From assembly GCF_009914755.1 (NCBI RefSeq), contig NC_060936.1: a stretch of DNA of 64,000 bases; one strand, written 5' to 3'. Made by a program: the position numbers and the translations under genes. How positions within the stretch are numbered: the first letter of the stretch is position 1; each line of letters opens with the position of its first letter. The notes below the pieces were generated by a model that was not told where the DNA came from, searched no databases, and saw only the letters and a list, made by a program, of their open reading frames with translations. This document shows positions 1-13,642 of this stretch, in pieces. The DNA comes from the human T2T-CHM13v2.0 reference genome, Homo sapiens.

Positions 1-290
1 TTTGGTTTTTTGAGACAGGGTCTCACTTGGTCACCCGGGCTGGAGTGCAGTGGCATGATCACAGCTCACTGCAGCCTCCAACTCCAGAGCTCAAGTGACC
101 CTCCCATCTCAGTCCCCTGATTAGCTGGGACCACAGGTACCATGCCCAGCTAGTTTTCTATGTTTTTTATAGAGACAGGGGGTCCCACTGTGTTCCCCAG
201 GCTGGTCTTGAACTCCTGGCCTCAAGCGATCCTCCCACCTCAGCCTCACAAAGTGCTGGGGATTACAGGCGTGAGCCACCGTGCCCAGCC
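1..290 (-). mobile_element. Alu (AluJ-like)
   Basis: Antisense Alu dimer consensus. Confidence 0.93.
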
Positions 291-713
291 AGCATAAGTT
301 TATTACCTTACAGTTTTGGAGATCCAAGGTCTGAAATGGATCTAACAGAGCTAAATTCAAGGTGTCGGTAGGCTGCATCCAGTCTGGAGACTCTAGGGGA
401 GAACCTGTCCATCACCCTTTATGGCTTCTAGCGGCTGCCTGCACTCCTTGGCTAATGGCCCCTTCTCCATCCTCAAAGCCAGCAACGCAGCATCTTCAAA
501 TCTCTCTGACCTCCTGCCTCCTTCTTATAAAGACCACTGTGATTACCTCGAGCCCGGGCAGATAATCTAGGATAATCTCCCATCTCAAGGTCAGCTGGTT
601 AGCAGCCTTAATTCCATCTGCCACCTTAAATCCCCTTTGCAGCATAAAATAATATATTCACAGCTTCTGAGAATTAGGACATCGTTCGGGGGACCATTAC
701 TCAGCTTAACACA
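291..713 (-). mobile_element. MLT1 (MaLR) LTR
   Basis: MLT1-type motifs (cttacagttttggag, ggataatctcccatctcaaggtcagctg). Confidence 0.8.
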
Positions 714-2106
714 GGCTTCAAAAACAAAAATCTTTAGGCCTCTAGGGAACTCCCAAGGCCCCACCCCACAGATTCTGAACTCCCAACAGGCGATTCCCCA
801 GGGTCCACGTGCCTCAGTCTCTCCACTGCTACACAGCATGGGTGAGCATGACCAGTGCCAGCACCTGTACGTGAATACACGTCCCCAGCAGTGCAGAGTC
901 CAGCATCTGATGAAAACGTGATCAGACAGAGCCCTGTGGCCTAACACTAGAGACTTCCCTCTCTAGATTAACAACAAAGAACTTATCAATACTTTTGAGC
1001 AACGTTTTTTTTCTGACCAGTCACAAATGGCCCGATTGTACAGCCCATGCTCTAGTAAGATCCATAAGAAATCCCCCCACTGCTGAAACCTACGCTTCCT
1101 CACGTCCCTGCATGCCAGGTTGCAGAAGGCTTTGCAGGGTAGAGCTGAGCTGCTGCGGGGCACCCACGGGAGGAGACGTCCAAGAGCCCGAGCTGCATGC
1201 GCCCCCACTCCGCAGCTGGTGTCCCTCAAAATGGGGAGTGGGGGAGCTGGGGAACCAGAGGCCACCCAAAGCTGCTCAGGATGTCCTTGGCATGGTCAGC
1301 ACCCTCCCCTGCAGCTCCTGGTGACTACGCTCTCACAAACCCCCACTCAGGAGCCAGGGCCCCGGGGCAGGCCAAAAAGGAACAGGGTGAGCCCTGCCCC
1401 ATAAGCACATAATGGCGTGAGCAGCGTGAACCCTCCTGATGCTTAAAGATGACCGAGGGCACGACAAAACGCCTTCCTTGCTTCAAAGCCCTTTTGCGTC
1501 TCTTTCCTGCCAGAGGTGCCGCGAGGTGGCATCACTCCCATTTCACAGGTCCCAGAGACGCTGTGCAAAAAATCACACAGCAATCTGGCAGTGGGGATGG
1601 GTGTCCAAGGCTCCGTGCCCTCCCCATGGCCCACCTCCCAGTCTGGGGCCCTCCAGGCAGTTCCACATCGTCATGGCCCTCCAGCCTCCCACCACCCAGC
1701 TGGGCATCCAGACAGGGAATATCTCCTCTGGGAAGCTCCCCTCCCCAGGTTCCCTCGGTGCCCCCTCCCACTCAACTCCCCTCTCTCCAAGGCAAAAGCC
1801 AGGCGCCCCCTTCTCAATGTCAAACCTCATGCTGTGCCCTCCGCACCTCCAAGCACCCCCAGGCACTCCTTACAGCACCGCGAGCACAGAGGCGGCCTGG
1901 ACCCACGGACGGGGGCTGTGACACAGAGAGGGCAGCGAGAGCCTGAAGGTCACACAGCAAACCAGAGAGCACACACCCGATGCGCAGCACGCTTCCACCT
2001 TCCACGTTCCCACTGAGGGCCGCACAGTTCCGGGAGGTGCCGCTGCGGCAAGGGGGCAGCGCCCAGGGCCCAGGTGCCGGGAGATGCAGCTTCCTGCCCG
2101 CCGCTA

Positions 2107-2122
2107 CAGCTGCTATTTATAG
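2107..2122. promoter_or_regulatory. E-box directly adjacent to a consensus MEF2 site
   Basis: CAGCTG (2107-2112) followed by CTATTTATAG (2113-2122). Confidence 0.45.
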
Positions 2123-2401
2123 CTGAGCAGGGAGAAGCCAAGACAGACAGGGTCAGCTTCCTGCACAGCAGAGCTGGCCGCAGCCTGGGAGCCTTCGAGG
2201 GTGACCCGGAGGGGAATGGGTTGGGTCAGGGCAGAGACGTGGGCTTTGATGTCCAGGATTGGGCACGTGGTGGACCCAGGACTGTCCCTGGTCACTCCTG
2301 AGGACCAAAGGGATGAAAGCACACAATGGGCCCTGCCCATGACAGCTGCCCACCAAGCAAGGAGCTTAGGAGCTGTGTGTCCTGAGCCAATGATATCACC
2401 A

Positions 2402-2500
2402 CTCTGTGCCTCAGTGTCCCCATCTGTAAACAGGGAAACTAATAGTTCTGGCCACACCGGGTTATTGTGAAGCTTAGATGAGCTAACCCATGTGGTGCCA
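2402..2500 (+). mobile_element. MIR fragment
   Basis: MIR core ctctgtgcctcagtgtccccatctgtaaa. Confidence 0.75.
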
Positions 2501-3644
2501 AGCGAGCTTGCCTGCATCCTACCAGCTCAGGGCCCTCTCTGGAGCACCCTCACCTCTGCCCCTCCCTGCTCAGACACCAGACAGCAACGCTGGGGCAGGG
2601 GGCACCCCTGCACCAGGACACCTGCAGAAGCAGCTCTCCCTACTATACCCTCCAGTGTGTGCACAGCTCACAAAGCCCAGGGAGCCCGAGCAAGTGGCAG
2701 GCACGGGGGCATCCCGACCCAGCCCCAGGGCACAGACAGCTGTGACAACGTCCGCAGGATGTATACATGCTCGGGTGTCATCGCCACAGCAGTCCCCCCA
2801 AGCGTCCACTCCCCTACGCACCAGGGACTGCAGTTACCCCCATTCTACAGATGCGGAAACGAGCACAAAGTGACAGAAAGAACTCTGCTGAAGAAACGCA
2901 GAGGGGCCCCCCACCATTCCCAGAGTTCACCAGGGTCTCCTATCTTGCCAAACAGCAGACAAGTCTTGCTGGCCCCGGGAATCCGCCCAGAAAGCTGCAG
3001 TGGGTTTGGACCCCCCAGAACTTGGTTCCTTGGGGAGAGGAGCAAGGGCCAGGAAGGATCCGTCTCGGGCCACCCATCCATGGGAACTCGGGTTTAAAGT
3101 CCCTCCCCGGTCCCTGGGGTCGCCTGGTTGTGATGCCCCAACTTCCTCCAAAAATTGGCAAAGGGAACACCCACACGGCAAACTGAAAACAGTAAGCACT
3201 GGCCCAGCCCACATGGAAGGCTTCTCTGTGCTCCCAGCGTCAGGCAATAAGCACCTTCATGTAGGACCTCCCATAACGCTCAAGACAACCTCGAGAGACG
3301 AGGAATCTGATTATGCCCATTTTATAGATGGCGAAATGGAGGCGTGAAGGCTGAATTAGGCAAAACGTGGTTCTCCCACACCCTGGCCACTCTGGGCCTC
3401 TCTGTGGGCTTATGTTCACCCGTGGAGCTCAGAGGCCAAGCTCAGTGCTAGCAAGGGGTGGTCACGGCCACCAAGGGAGGGACAGAGAGGGAATGGCCAC
3501 AGGCTCAGTGACCTGGAGGCTCTGCGGGAGCAGGAGGGGGCCACAGGTGAGGGAGGGTACAGGTGTCAGTCACAGGGATGGATGGACAACCTGGGACTCC
3601 CAACGGGCACCAGGGCACGAGGCAAGGCCATGCCCAGCCAGAGC

Positions 3645-4500
<856 letters not shown>

Positions 4501-4510
4501 TGATGGGAGC

Positions 4511-4939
4511 TGTGTTCCCTTCCTAGAACTGCTGTAAACAAAGCTCCACACGCCGGGGACTTAAAACAACCCACTGTTACTTTGTCACAGTTCGGGAGGC
4601 CAGAGGTTCAAAATCAAGGTGTTGGCAGGGGTGGTTCCTTCTGGAGGCTCTGCGGGGGAGTCTGTCCTGAGCCTTCCTCCCAGCAGTCCCTGGCACTTCT
4701 TGGCTTCCAGCCACATCGCTCCAGCCTCTGCCTCCATTATCGCACGGCCTTCTCCTCTGTGTCTTTTTGTCCTCTTATAAGGACACGGGCCACTGGATTT
4801 AGGGCCCACCCTGCTCCAGGATGACCTCTTCTTAATTAAACGCATCCACAAAGACCTTGTTTCCAAATAAGGTCACAGCCTGAGGTTCCAGGAGGGACGT
4901 GAATGGGTGGGAAGGTGGCACAGGCACTGTCCAACAACA
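4511..4939 (-). mobile_element. MLT1 (MLT1B-like) LTR
   Basis: ctcttataaggacac...ggatttagggcccaccc...tttccaaataaggtcaca. Confidence 0.82.
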
Positions 4940-7480
4940 TGCAGCAGCCTAGGCCAGGGGATGATAGTGGCAGACGATGCGAAAATAAAAATATCCAGGA
5001 GGGTGGCAGATGGCGTGGGTGGGCGGGATGGCAGGTTAAAGCAGGTGTCTCCCAACTTCTCCCGCTTGCCTTCCTCCCCTGGTTTACCCAGCAGTGGGCA
5101 TCACCCAGGAGCCACCGCCACACAGAATTCCTCCCAAATCCTGACCCTGTGGACCTGGCCAAGCCCCCAGGACCCAGGAAAGGCCCCCTGACTCCTGCCA
5201 GGCTCCAGAGGGCGACATCCCCTGCAGGCCCCCATGCTGACAGGCCTGGCCCAGCCTAGGGAAAAGCCCAGGCCAGGGCCTGGAGCTGCATCCGGCCCCA
5301 ACCCCACCCGGCAGGCTCTCCTCTTTAGCTTCAGGAGCAGGGCTGGCACCAGGCAGGTTCCCATGGTCACCGAGACACTATAGCCACACTGGGGCCCATG
5401 CTCCCTGATGGTCTCAGCAGGTACCGCAGAGTTCAATGTGAGGACAAACAGAGTCCTTCGAGGCCCTCCCCTGTGGGTCTGGGCCTCTGGGACTAACGAC
5501 TTCAGAGCATCCCCAGACAGATCCCCTGGGTCACAAAGAAAAATCAACTCTCCCACCCACCCCCCCCTCCAGACCTGGCCCAAGGTCTCCCCAGCCCCAC
5601 CACAGAATTGTGGGGAGCGGGCCAAGGGGAGGCCACAGGTGGGCAGATGGGGGGCGTGCAGGCCTCCTTGGCTGTAAGAAGGATTCTGATTTTTGTTCAA
5701 GAAATGGTGGGAAGCCCTGCAGGCTGATGAGGTCAAGTCACTCTAGCTGCTGTGGCTCCACTGGGCTGCCTGCAGAGAGGGGACTGTGGGTACAGGATGA
5801 CAGCCAGAGAGCAGGCAGGAGGCGGCTGCAGTCCCAGGTGGGCCATCGAGAGGTGGCTGGGACCACGTCTCTCACTCCAGAAGGACGCCCAGAACAGGGG
5901 CCTGGGGGATGCGGGGGTCAATGATCCACTTTTGCATAGGTGGGATCCGAGGTCCCTTTGGGACATCCCTGAGCAATGGCAAGGAGACTGCTGGGTCCAC
6001 CTCCCTGACCCTGGGGTCAGTGCCGTGGGCCCACGAGTCACAGTCAGGAGGGAGAGGGGCTACGACACGGTCTGCAGGGACAATTGCACCCCAACGGGCC
6101 CCTGAATGCCCTTCACTTCACAGCCTGTGAGCCACGTGTCACTCATCACCCCATTTCACCGCCAGGGAAACTGAGGAACTCCGCGTGGAGCCTTTATTAT
6201 TGCCCAAGGCCATGTCACTCAGACCTGTGGGTCCCCCCAGATCCACTCATCAGCCCTAAAATGCAAATATAGGCCACGGAAAACCAAGTGAACCCTGGGA
6301 GACAAGAGGCGGAGAGGGCCTCCGGACCCCAGAAAAGACTGACCCCCAGGAGCCACCCGGCCTGCAGGCACATACGCACAGACACATGCAGGCCAGTGGT
6401 GACTGGTCACCCGGGTCTGGTCCAATTCCACCTCCAACAGCCCACCCTTTGACTTACCTTTCCCCCCACTTCCTTTCCAGATGCAAAGAAAGGCCAGCAG
6501 GAGAAGCAGGGGACCTGAAGCATCAGCCACAAGTCCAGATTGGAACCAGATGGCCCAGAGGTCCCTTGGCTTCAGACGCACTTGCAATATTGCCTCCAAA
6601 ACAATCCCGAGGTCTCCGGGTACCACAGTGCTGAGCCCCCCACCTCCAGGGCATTCCCTCAGGCCAAGCAGTTCTCGAGGGCCCCATCCGGTTCTCAAAT
6701 GGGACATCTTTCACCATCCAAGTCACTCACCGTCATCTTCCCAAGTCGGACCCCAAAACCGTGCTCAGTTCTCACCCAGGGTCTGACCTTGGTTAAGACA
6801 CTCCACAGGGCCAGCCTCTGGTTTCCTCCTATGGAATGCTGGTGCAGGGGATGGTGCATGAAAGCATCTTGCAACAAGTGTTTTCCTTTGCTCGGCTCCT
6901 GCCTGATCCATTCTGCCCCTCAAGAACTGAGACAACTCTCAGGAATGTGTAAGGTAAGATAAAAATCAGAGAGCAAGCTCAGGGCAAAGGGAAAAAAAAT
7001 GAGAGACAAACAAATCCAAAATCAGGATGAAGTAGATAAAGCCAAAACATAAACCAGTGATTGCAGAAAGCAGGCTGCAAAATTTGGCTCTGAGCTTCCT
7101 AGTAGCCAAAGCAAAGAGGGAAACAAGATGGATTACGGCTTTGGAAAATTGTGAAAACGACGCAGTGCCACAGAGTAGGTGCTACAGCAACTATATACCA
7201 CTCTAAAGTCACCAATTAAGAGGCCAAAAAATTGTGCCAAAAATCAGGCCAAGTGCTTGCTGCCTTAACCATCCCCTCTTTCCTACTGCATTCTACAACA
7301 GCAAATTATAACCATGAGCATCAGCGTAACTCAGCAAGAACAGGAGCCCAGGCTAGAAGGAGGGGTTTTAGGGCCTACCTGGAATGACCTTCAAACTCAC
7401 ACCCCTCTCTGGGCCACAGTTTCCTCAACAGGGAAACCGTGCAAGGCTACACTGAGGTTCAAAACAGTGAGGTAGTATAT

Positions 7481-7823
7481 TAGGGATCGGCAAATATCTT
7501 CTGCAAAGGGCCAGAGAGTAAATATTTTAGGTTCTGTAGGCCTTCCAGCCTCTGTCACAACTACTCAACTTTGCAAACGCTGTACCCAAAAGCAGCCACA
7601 GACAACATGTAAATGAGTGAGCGTGGCTGCATTCCAACAAAACTTTATTTATGGACACCGAAATTTGCATTTCATATGATTTCACATGTCATAAAATATT
7701 ATTCTTCTTTCGATTTTTTTCAACCATTAAAAAATGGAGAAACCATTCTCAGCTTGTGCACCATACAGAAACAGGTGGTGGGCTGGCCGGATTTGGCCCA
7801 AGGGCCATAGTTTGCCAACTCTT
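7481..7823. mobile_element. MER58B-like hAT-Charlie MITE
   Basis: Termini agggatcggcaaa...tttgccaactcttg and internal consensus aaagggccagagagtaaatattttagg. Confidence 0.85.
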
Positions 7824-8554
7824 GCTTTCTACGTTCCACAATCGGCTCCGAAACATATTATCACGTAGGATGTGACTATGACGGCGAAAATCAAACCTGA
7901 ATATATGGCGTGATACCACTTGCATGTTTGTTTTTAAAGGGAACGCACACATACAGTCCATTTAAGGCCGACATATGCCAAGAGCATCTCGGAGGAAACT
8001 CAGGCGCGGGAAGCTGTGACTGCCTCGGGGAACAGAAACTGGGAGGCCAGGAACCGAGGGAGACTTTTACGCAATGTGTTAATTTTCTTTTTTACAAGTC
8101 AATGCATTTTCTTTCATTTAAAAAATAAGCTTTTATAAAGCCCAAAGCAACTGGCAGAGTTTTGAATGCATTACTTTTTGTTTTTCTACATTCTCCCCAA
8201 GAAGTATAAAAAGCAACATTATCCCCAAAAATGTTCATCAAAGAAGTCCATGATGTATTAAGTCATAACATAACAAAATAAGTATGATCCCACTTAGAGA
8301 AAGCAGATAGGTGTCTTTTGCAGGTATCTGCTTGTGCAGACAGATACCAGCAAGGGTGCTAACCTAGGATTCCTCCGGGTCCGGCTGGGTCAGCCCCCAT
8401 GAACCTGCACAAAGGTTTTTCCACATGAGCTCAGCCCCAGGAGGTAAGAACTGCCCACACTTCGCAGGGACCTGGAGCTGTCTCCTGCTCCAGGAGAAGT
8501 GACAGCTAAGGAAGGATGTGGGAAGACGGCTCCGTATAGTAGGAGTCACTATGG

Positions 8555-8830
8555 CTGCACTGCCCCGTAGGGTCAGTGGCCACCAGCCACAAGTGGCTAC
8601 TCAAATTTATTAAAAGTAAAAACTAAAATTTCATCCCCCGGTTGTGGCACTGGCCTCACTTCAAGCCGTGACTGCCTTGGGGAACAGAAACCAGGAGGGC
8701 CAGAATGGAAGGAGACTCCCCCAACAGCTTTGGGCAGTTTTAATACCCAATGCCCCACGTGGCTGTTAGTTATGGTACTGGCACATCTAGAACATTCTCA
8801 CCAATGCAGAAAGTTCTATTGGACAGCGCT
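8555..8830. mobile_element. MER3-like DNA transposon with foreign internal insert
   Basis: agccacaagtggcta...gcagaaagttctattggacagcgct. Confidence 0.7.
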
Positions 8831-9027
8831 ACCCCAGAGGCCGGTGGGAGAGGAAGTGGGGGAAGAAAGAGTGAGATGTGGGAAGAGGAGGGAGACAGAC
8901 GGCAGGGAGAACGGACCAGCCCAGAGGGCACACCAGGCTAGGTTTGGGAAAAAGGACCACTGAAAGGGGAAGACCCTCCAGGATGGCACCACGCAGAGAA
9001 AACACGCATGAAAAGGGAAAAAAATCA

Positions 9028-9318
9028 GGCCAGACGCAGTGGCTCACGCCTAGAATCACAGTGCTTTGGGAGGCTGAGGCGGGAGGATCACTTGAGCCCA
9101 GGAGTTCAAGAGCAGCCTGGGCAACATAGAGAGACTCCATCTCTACAAAAAATTTTAAAATTAGCCAGTCATGGTGGTGTACACCTGTCGTCTCAGCTAT
9201 TTGGGAGGCTGAGGCGGGAGGTTAATTTGAGCCCAGGAGTTCATGGCTGTAATGAGCTGTGATGGTACCACTGCACTCCAGCCTTGGTGACAGAGCAAGA
9301 CCCTACCTCAGAAAAAAA
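9028..9318 (+). mobile_element. Alu (AluJ-like)
   Basis: Alu dimer with ggatcacttgagcccagg diagnostics. Confidence 0.93.
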
Positions 9319-9409
9319 GTTGGGGTGCAGGTGGGGCATTGGGGAAGGAATCAGATACCAAGAGCCCAGGCCCTGCTCCGAAACACAGAATATGACTTCA
9401 TCACCCAAC

Positions 9410-9620
9410 CCTGTGCCCTCGGGTTAAGTAGCCATTAGCCACAGCCACAGGTGGCTGTTTAAATTTAAGTAAATTAAAATTAAATAAAATGACCAGTTCA
9501 GCTGCTCAGTGGCAGGGACCCACTTTTCAAGTGCTCCCGAGTGACAGGCACCTAGTGGCTAAAGCACGGGACAGCGCAGCCGTATCATCTCCCATCACCG
9601 CAGGAGTTCCCAGACAGCCC
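9410..9620. mobile_element. MER3-like fragment
   Basis: gtagccattagccaca...tttaaatttaagtaaattaaaattaaataaaat...ttcaagtgctc. Confidence 0.7.
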
Positions 9621-11239
9621 GTCTCAGGCTACCCTCTAAGGCGGGCATTATTTTCTTTCCCTCCCTTTTAAGAATCAAGAAACCAAGGCCAGAAGGTCAG
9701 AGGCTTCACTCAAGTTCTTAACAAATGGAAGCACGATTCAAACCCTGCTCCTTTTTTCAGAGACCAGGAGCAGAGGGGAAGCTCAGCCCTCCCCCAGGGG
9801 GCCTCCCCCACCCCGTCCTCCCCACAGCCTTCGCCCACTCTCCGGGCTGCCCATGACCTCCAAGCACTCCAAGTGCCTGACAGACACTAAGTGATTAAAG
9901 ACTAATGGAAAACCTCAACCGTCAAGGGCAGAGGCAGGGAGCTGAGCACATTTGTGAAACACCAACGACCAACGGGAAAGGAGCCCACCGTCTCCAAAGG
10001 GCAACAAGCCGAAGCCTGGGGCTCTGGAAAAGAGACGGGTCCATCAGAGGATCTTTCCCAGCAGCTTTTAAGAGGGAGGAATGGTTGATATCCGAGCAGC
10101 CTGTAGGTGAGGACCCGGGTTTACACAAGGAATTCTATAGTGAAGTCTTTGCTCTCCAACAGGATAAGCCAAAATGGAAACTGCAGCTCCTGTGTGTCCT
10201 GCGACACACAGGAGCTCATTATATCTCACAACCATAAAGTCAGAAGCAGCAGCAGCACCCCCATTTTAGAGATGAGCAAACTGAGGCTCACAATAGGTAA
10301 GTAACTCATTCACAGCTTGAAGCTGCAGAGCTGAACAGCAAACCCAATATTCATGCCCTTTGCCCCTAAAGGCTCTCCAATATGGCACAGGTGGCCGGCA
10401 ATGTGCCCATTTTGCAGATGAGGGCACCCAAACCCTGAGAGCAAGGGGCACTCACCTGGGCCCACTGCTTGTAAATGGCCAAGCTGGAACTTCCAATGCT
10501 AAATCAGCGGCTCTCTTGGGGATGGCAGATGAAACACTCCGAGATTGTCCTCTAATATCTGGTTAGGACAATTCTTTCTAGATTTATAAACCAAAAGCTC
10601 CTTCCTCAAGGCTAGCTGGAGCCAAGTGGGCAGGGCAGTGTGGAAGTGTCCAGGCTCAGAAGCCTCACTCTGCTCCAAAATAGACATGATAATAACAATG
10701 ATGCTAAGTTCATTCATCATAAGCACAGGTCCCTCCGCTGTGCAACCTCAGGCGAGCCTGGACCTGTGCCCTCATCTGTAAAATGGGAATGAAGCCGCCA
10801 TCTGCCCCAGGGCCTCACTGAGCAGAAGCCCTCCGGCTACACAGTACCCGAGGGCAACGCGCCCAGCCTATGGGCACTCCAGGCCACAGAACTCTGCCGC
10901 TGCAGCTTTCTGGAGCACCATGCTAAATAATTCAAAACCATGTTTTCATTTCAAAACAAACACAGCAGTGTCGCCAAGGCGAATGCCAAATTTGCATGAA
11001 TGTTTCAGATAAAATGAGACCTCAAAGAAATGCCAGGCCCTATCCTTCTCCCCAAACCCTGGGGAGAACGAGTTCTCAGTCTCCTGCCCCACCTGGGGCA
11101 AAGATCCGTAGGTGCTGCTCAAAGAAGAAACATCATTTCTTTCTTCATATCCTCTACGGCAGCTTTGCAAAGCAGGTCTGCAGTAAATTCCTGCTGCACT
11201 AACACGACCGTGAATAATCCCAGGTCTTAATTCGTAGTT

Positions 11240-11415
11240 CCACATCCAAGCTGTGTGACCTTGGGCAAGTTACTTAACCTCTCTGTGCCTCAAGTTCACC
11301 ATCTATAAAATAAGATAATAAAAGCACCAACTCATAGAGGAGTTATGAAGAGTAAACAAGCAGATTTGCGTAGAGCACGGTTCCTGGCACACAGTAGGTG
11401 TTGGTTCTTATTACT
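11240..11415 (+). mobile_element. MIR
   Basis: gctgtgtgaccttgggcaagttacttaacctctctgtgcctc...cctggcacacagtagg. Confidence 0.9.
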
Positions 11416-12989
11416 AGCGTATGATCCACAGCCTTTTCCAACATGGAGGCTGAGAGTTCGCCGGATGGGTTGTAAAGTCAGTTCCCTGGCTCCAAGCTCC
11501 CTCAAAAGATGCCCAGCTGGCCTTTCCCAAGCATCACTTCCCTGGGGACCACACGCACCCACCTAGGGACACAGACCTTCTGTCACCCTTGGCCTGGGCC
11601 TAAAAAACCTGGCTCTCCCCAGGCAGCAGCTCAAGCTTGGGGCCCTCCTTGCCCCTCCCCTGGGCACCTCAGGCAGGAGTTACCAGCTCCCACCGGCAGT
11701 TCCCCAGTCTCAAAAGTGTCACCTGGGGAGGCTGCTGTTTAGCGTTTGAGATGTGAAGAGGAAACAGGGAAGGGAAAACACACACACACAAATAAAAGCT
11801 CTCAACCCCCGCCACCCCACCCCCACCCCCACCCCCGGCCCACGGTCAGAGGCAGCATTTGTGGGGCTTTTCAGTTCAGACAGCGGCAGGAGGAGGGGCT
11901 GAGAGCCTGTCTCCTCTGCCTTAAAATCTCCCTTCCCACAGACAGGACCCCAGGAGAACCCTCCGGCTGGGTTCTGCGTAGGTACCACCCCCGCCTCCCA
12001 TCTCCGAGTGAAGCACCAACTTCTCCACCCACACTCTCAGATGGGGGTTGGGAACACAGAACTATGAATGCGCCCCCTCTCAGCCAGGGGGAAACGGGGC
12101 CAGGCAGCCTCCACATCCAGCATGAATGGCAGACGCTGGGGGCCAGGACTCCTGGGGCTAGCTTCCAACTCCCTCGGTGGGTGTCTGCGCTGCCAGCGCC
12201 CCCTGCCCCCCACCCCCAGGCCCCGAGAACAATCAAGCCGTCCCCAGCCCAGGGCTTCCATGCAGTAAATTCGTGTTTGCAGAGCTCTGGGAAATCTTTA
12301 GGAGGTGGCATGAGTATTATTAATTGGGGAAAAAGAACAGATTATGCCAAATAAATCCTTCCCACATAACCAAACCCTCTCCGAGAGGGGGAGGGGGAGA
12401 GCGCAGCCCCAGGAGGGGTCTCCATCCCTCACCAGGGCCTGACAGCCACATTACCATTTACATGGATTTATCAATAGTATTGATCCCCAGCAGCGTAAAT
12501 AGCTCAGTGGGAAGAGGCCAGGGCTGGGGCCTGCTGCGCTCCCGCCCCCATGTCTGGGCACCGGCACCACAGACTCCCCCGGCACCCGCTGGCGGTGGCA
12601 GCAGTGAATTTCCAAGCAGGGACACGGCAGGCGGCTCAGGGAAGCCAGACAGAGCCCGGGATGCCCTGGCAGCCGCGCTGCCGACTCGCCAGTCACCGCT
12701 GGCTCCACCCCCCCTTCATTGCTCTGCTGGGCCTGACTCAGTCTTTGCATCTGTTCAATGGGCGGGGGCACCTGCCCTTCTCCATCCTCTCCGGACAAGC
12801 AGAGGGGAGTGGGAAAAGGCCCCCTCCCTCCCCCAGATCCCCCCACTGTCCACCCCCAGCCAAAGGTAAGGTGGCCCCTTTTCACAGGGCTTCCAGACCA
12901 CGTTGGATTAAAGGCCCAATCTTAGAACCCAGGAATAATAATACCGACACAGTAGTCATAGTAACACATACAAGTACCAAGGGATTCTT

Positions 12990-13150
12990 ATGGCCGGACG
13001 GTCAGCTCTCACAACCACTCTGTGAACTCAGTACCATTTTGACCCTCATTTTGCAGATGGGAAACCTGACAGGCACAGAGAAGTTAAGCATCTGTCCAGG
13101 GTCACACTGCCAGGAAAGTGGCAAAGGTCAGAGTCAAACCCCAGGAGCTG
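12990..13150 (-). mobile_element. MIR
   Basis: ctcattttgcagatgggaaac...gcacagagaagttaag...ggtcacac. Confidence 0.75.
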
Positions 13151-13501
13151 AGGTGCAGAGTGGGCCATCCCACCTCACTGCTGCTTGCCATTTCTCGGCC
13201 CCTCCTCAGCACCCCCAAAGAGGCCACCCACGAGGTACACAGCCTGCCCCGGGTCGCCCTCCCGGCGCAGTCTGGCCCGGAGAGCCCCTTATATCAAAGC
13301 TGCCGCAAGGACCCAGATCTGGCTGAAAAGGGGCAAAGTCAAGGCCACCGGTAACACATCCCAACGCGCCCAGAACTCCCCCACCCCGCCCACAGGGTCC
13401 TCCCCTTATCCCCTCCTCCCCTCTTCCCTCCCTCACACATCCTTCCTCCAAATCTGCAAAAAGGGAAAAATAATAATAATCACAATAAAACCAGTTCTCA
13501 C

Positions 13502-13642
13502 CAACGGGGGAGAGGAGGAGGGGGAGGAAGGGAGGAGGCTGAGCCGACAGAACAGATCCGCCCCCGCTGCCTGCACCAGACCCTCGGAGAGCCGGAGCGC
13601 GCGACAGGCGGCGGGAGGACACTCGCTTCCAAAAAAATAAAC
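13502..13642 (-). other. NCOR2: Candidate alternative/cassette 5'UTR exon (141 nt)
   Basis: Minus-strand acceptor TTATTTTTACATTGTAG|G and donor TTG|GTGAGA; contains no ATG. Confidence 0.35.

Noticed and set aside
5202-5215. CTCF-like GCTCCAGAGGGCG
   Set aside because: Mismatches at the 5' core; such partial matches are common in GC-rich DNA
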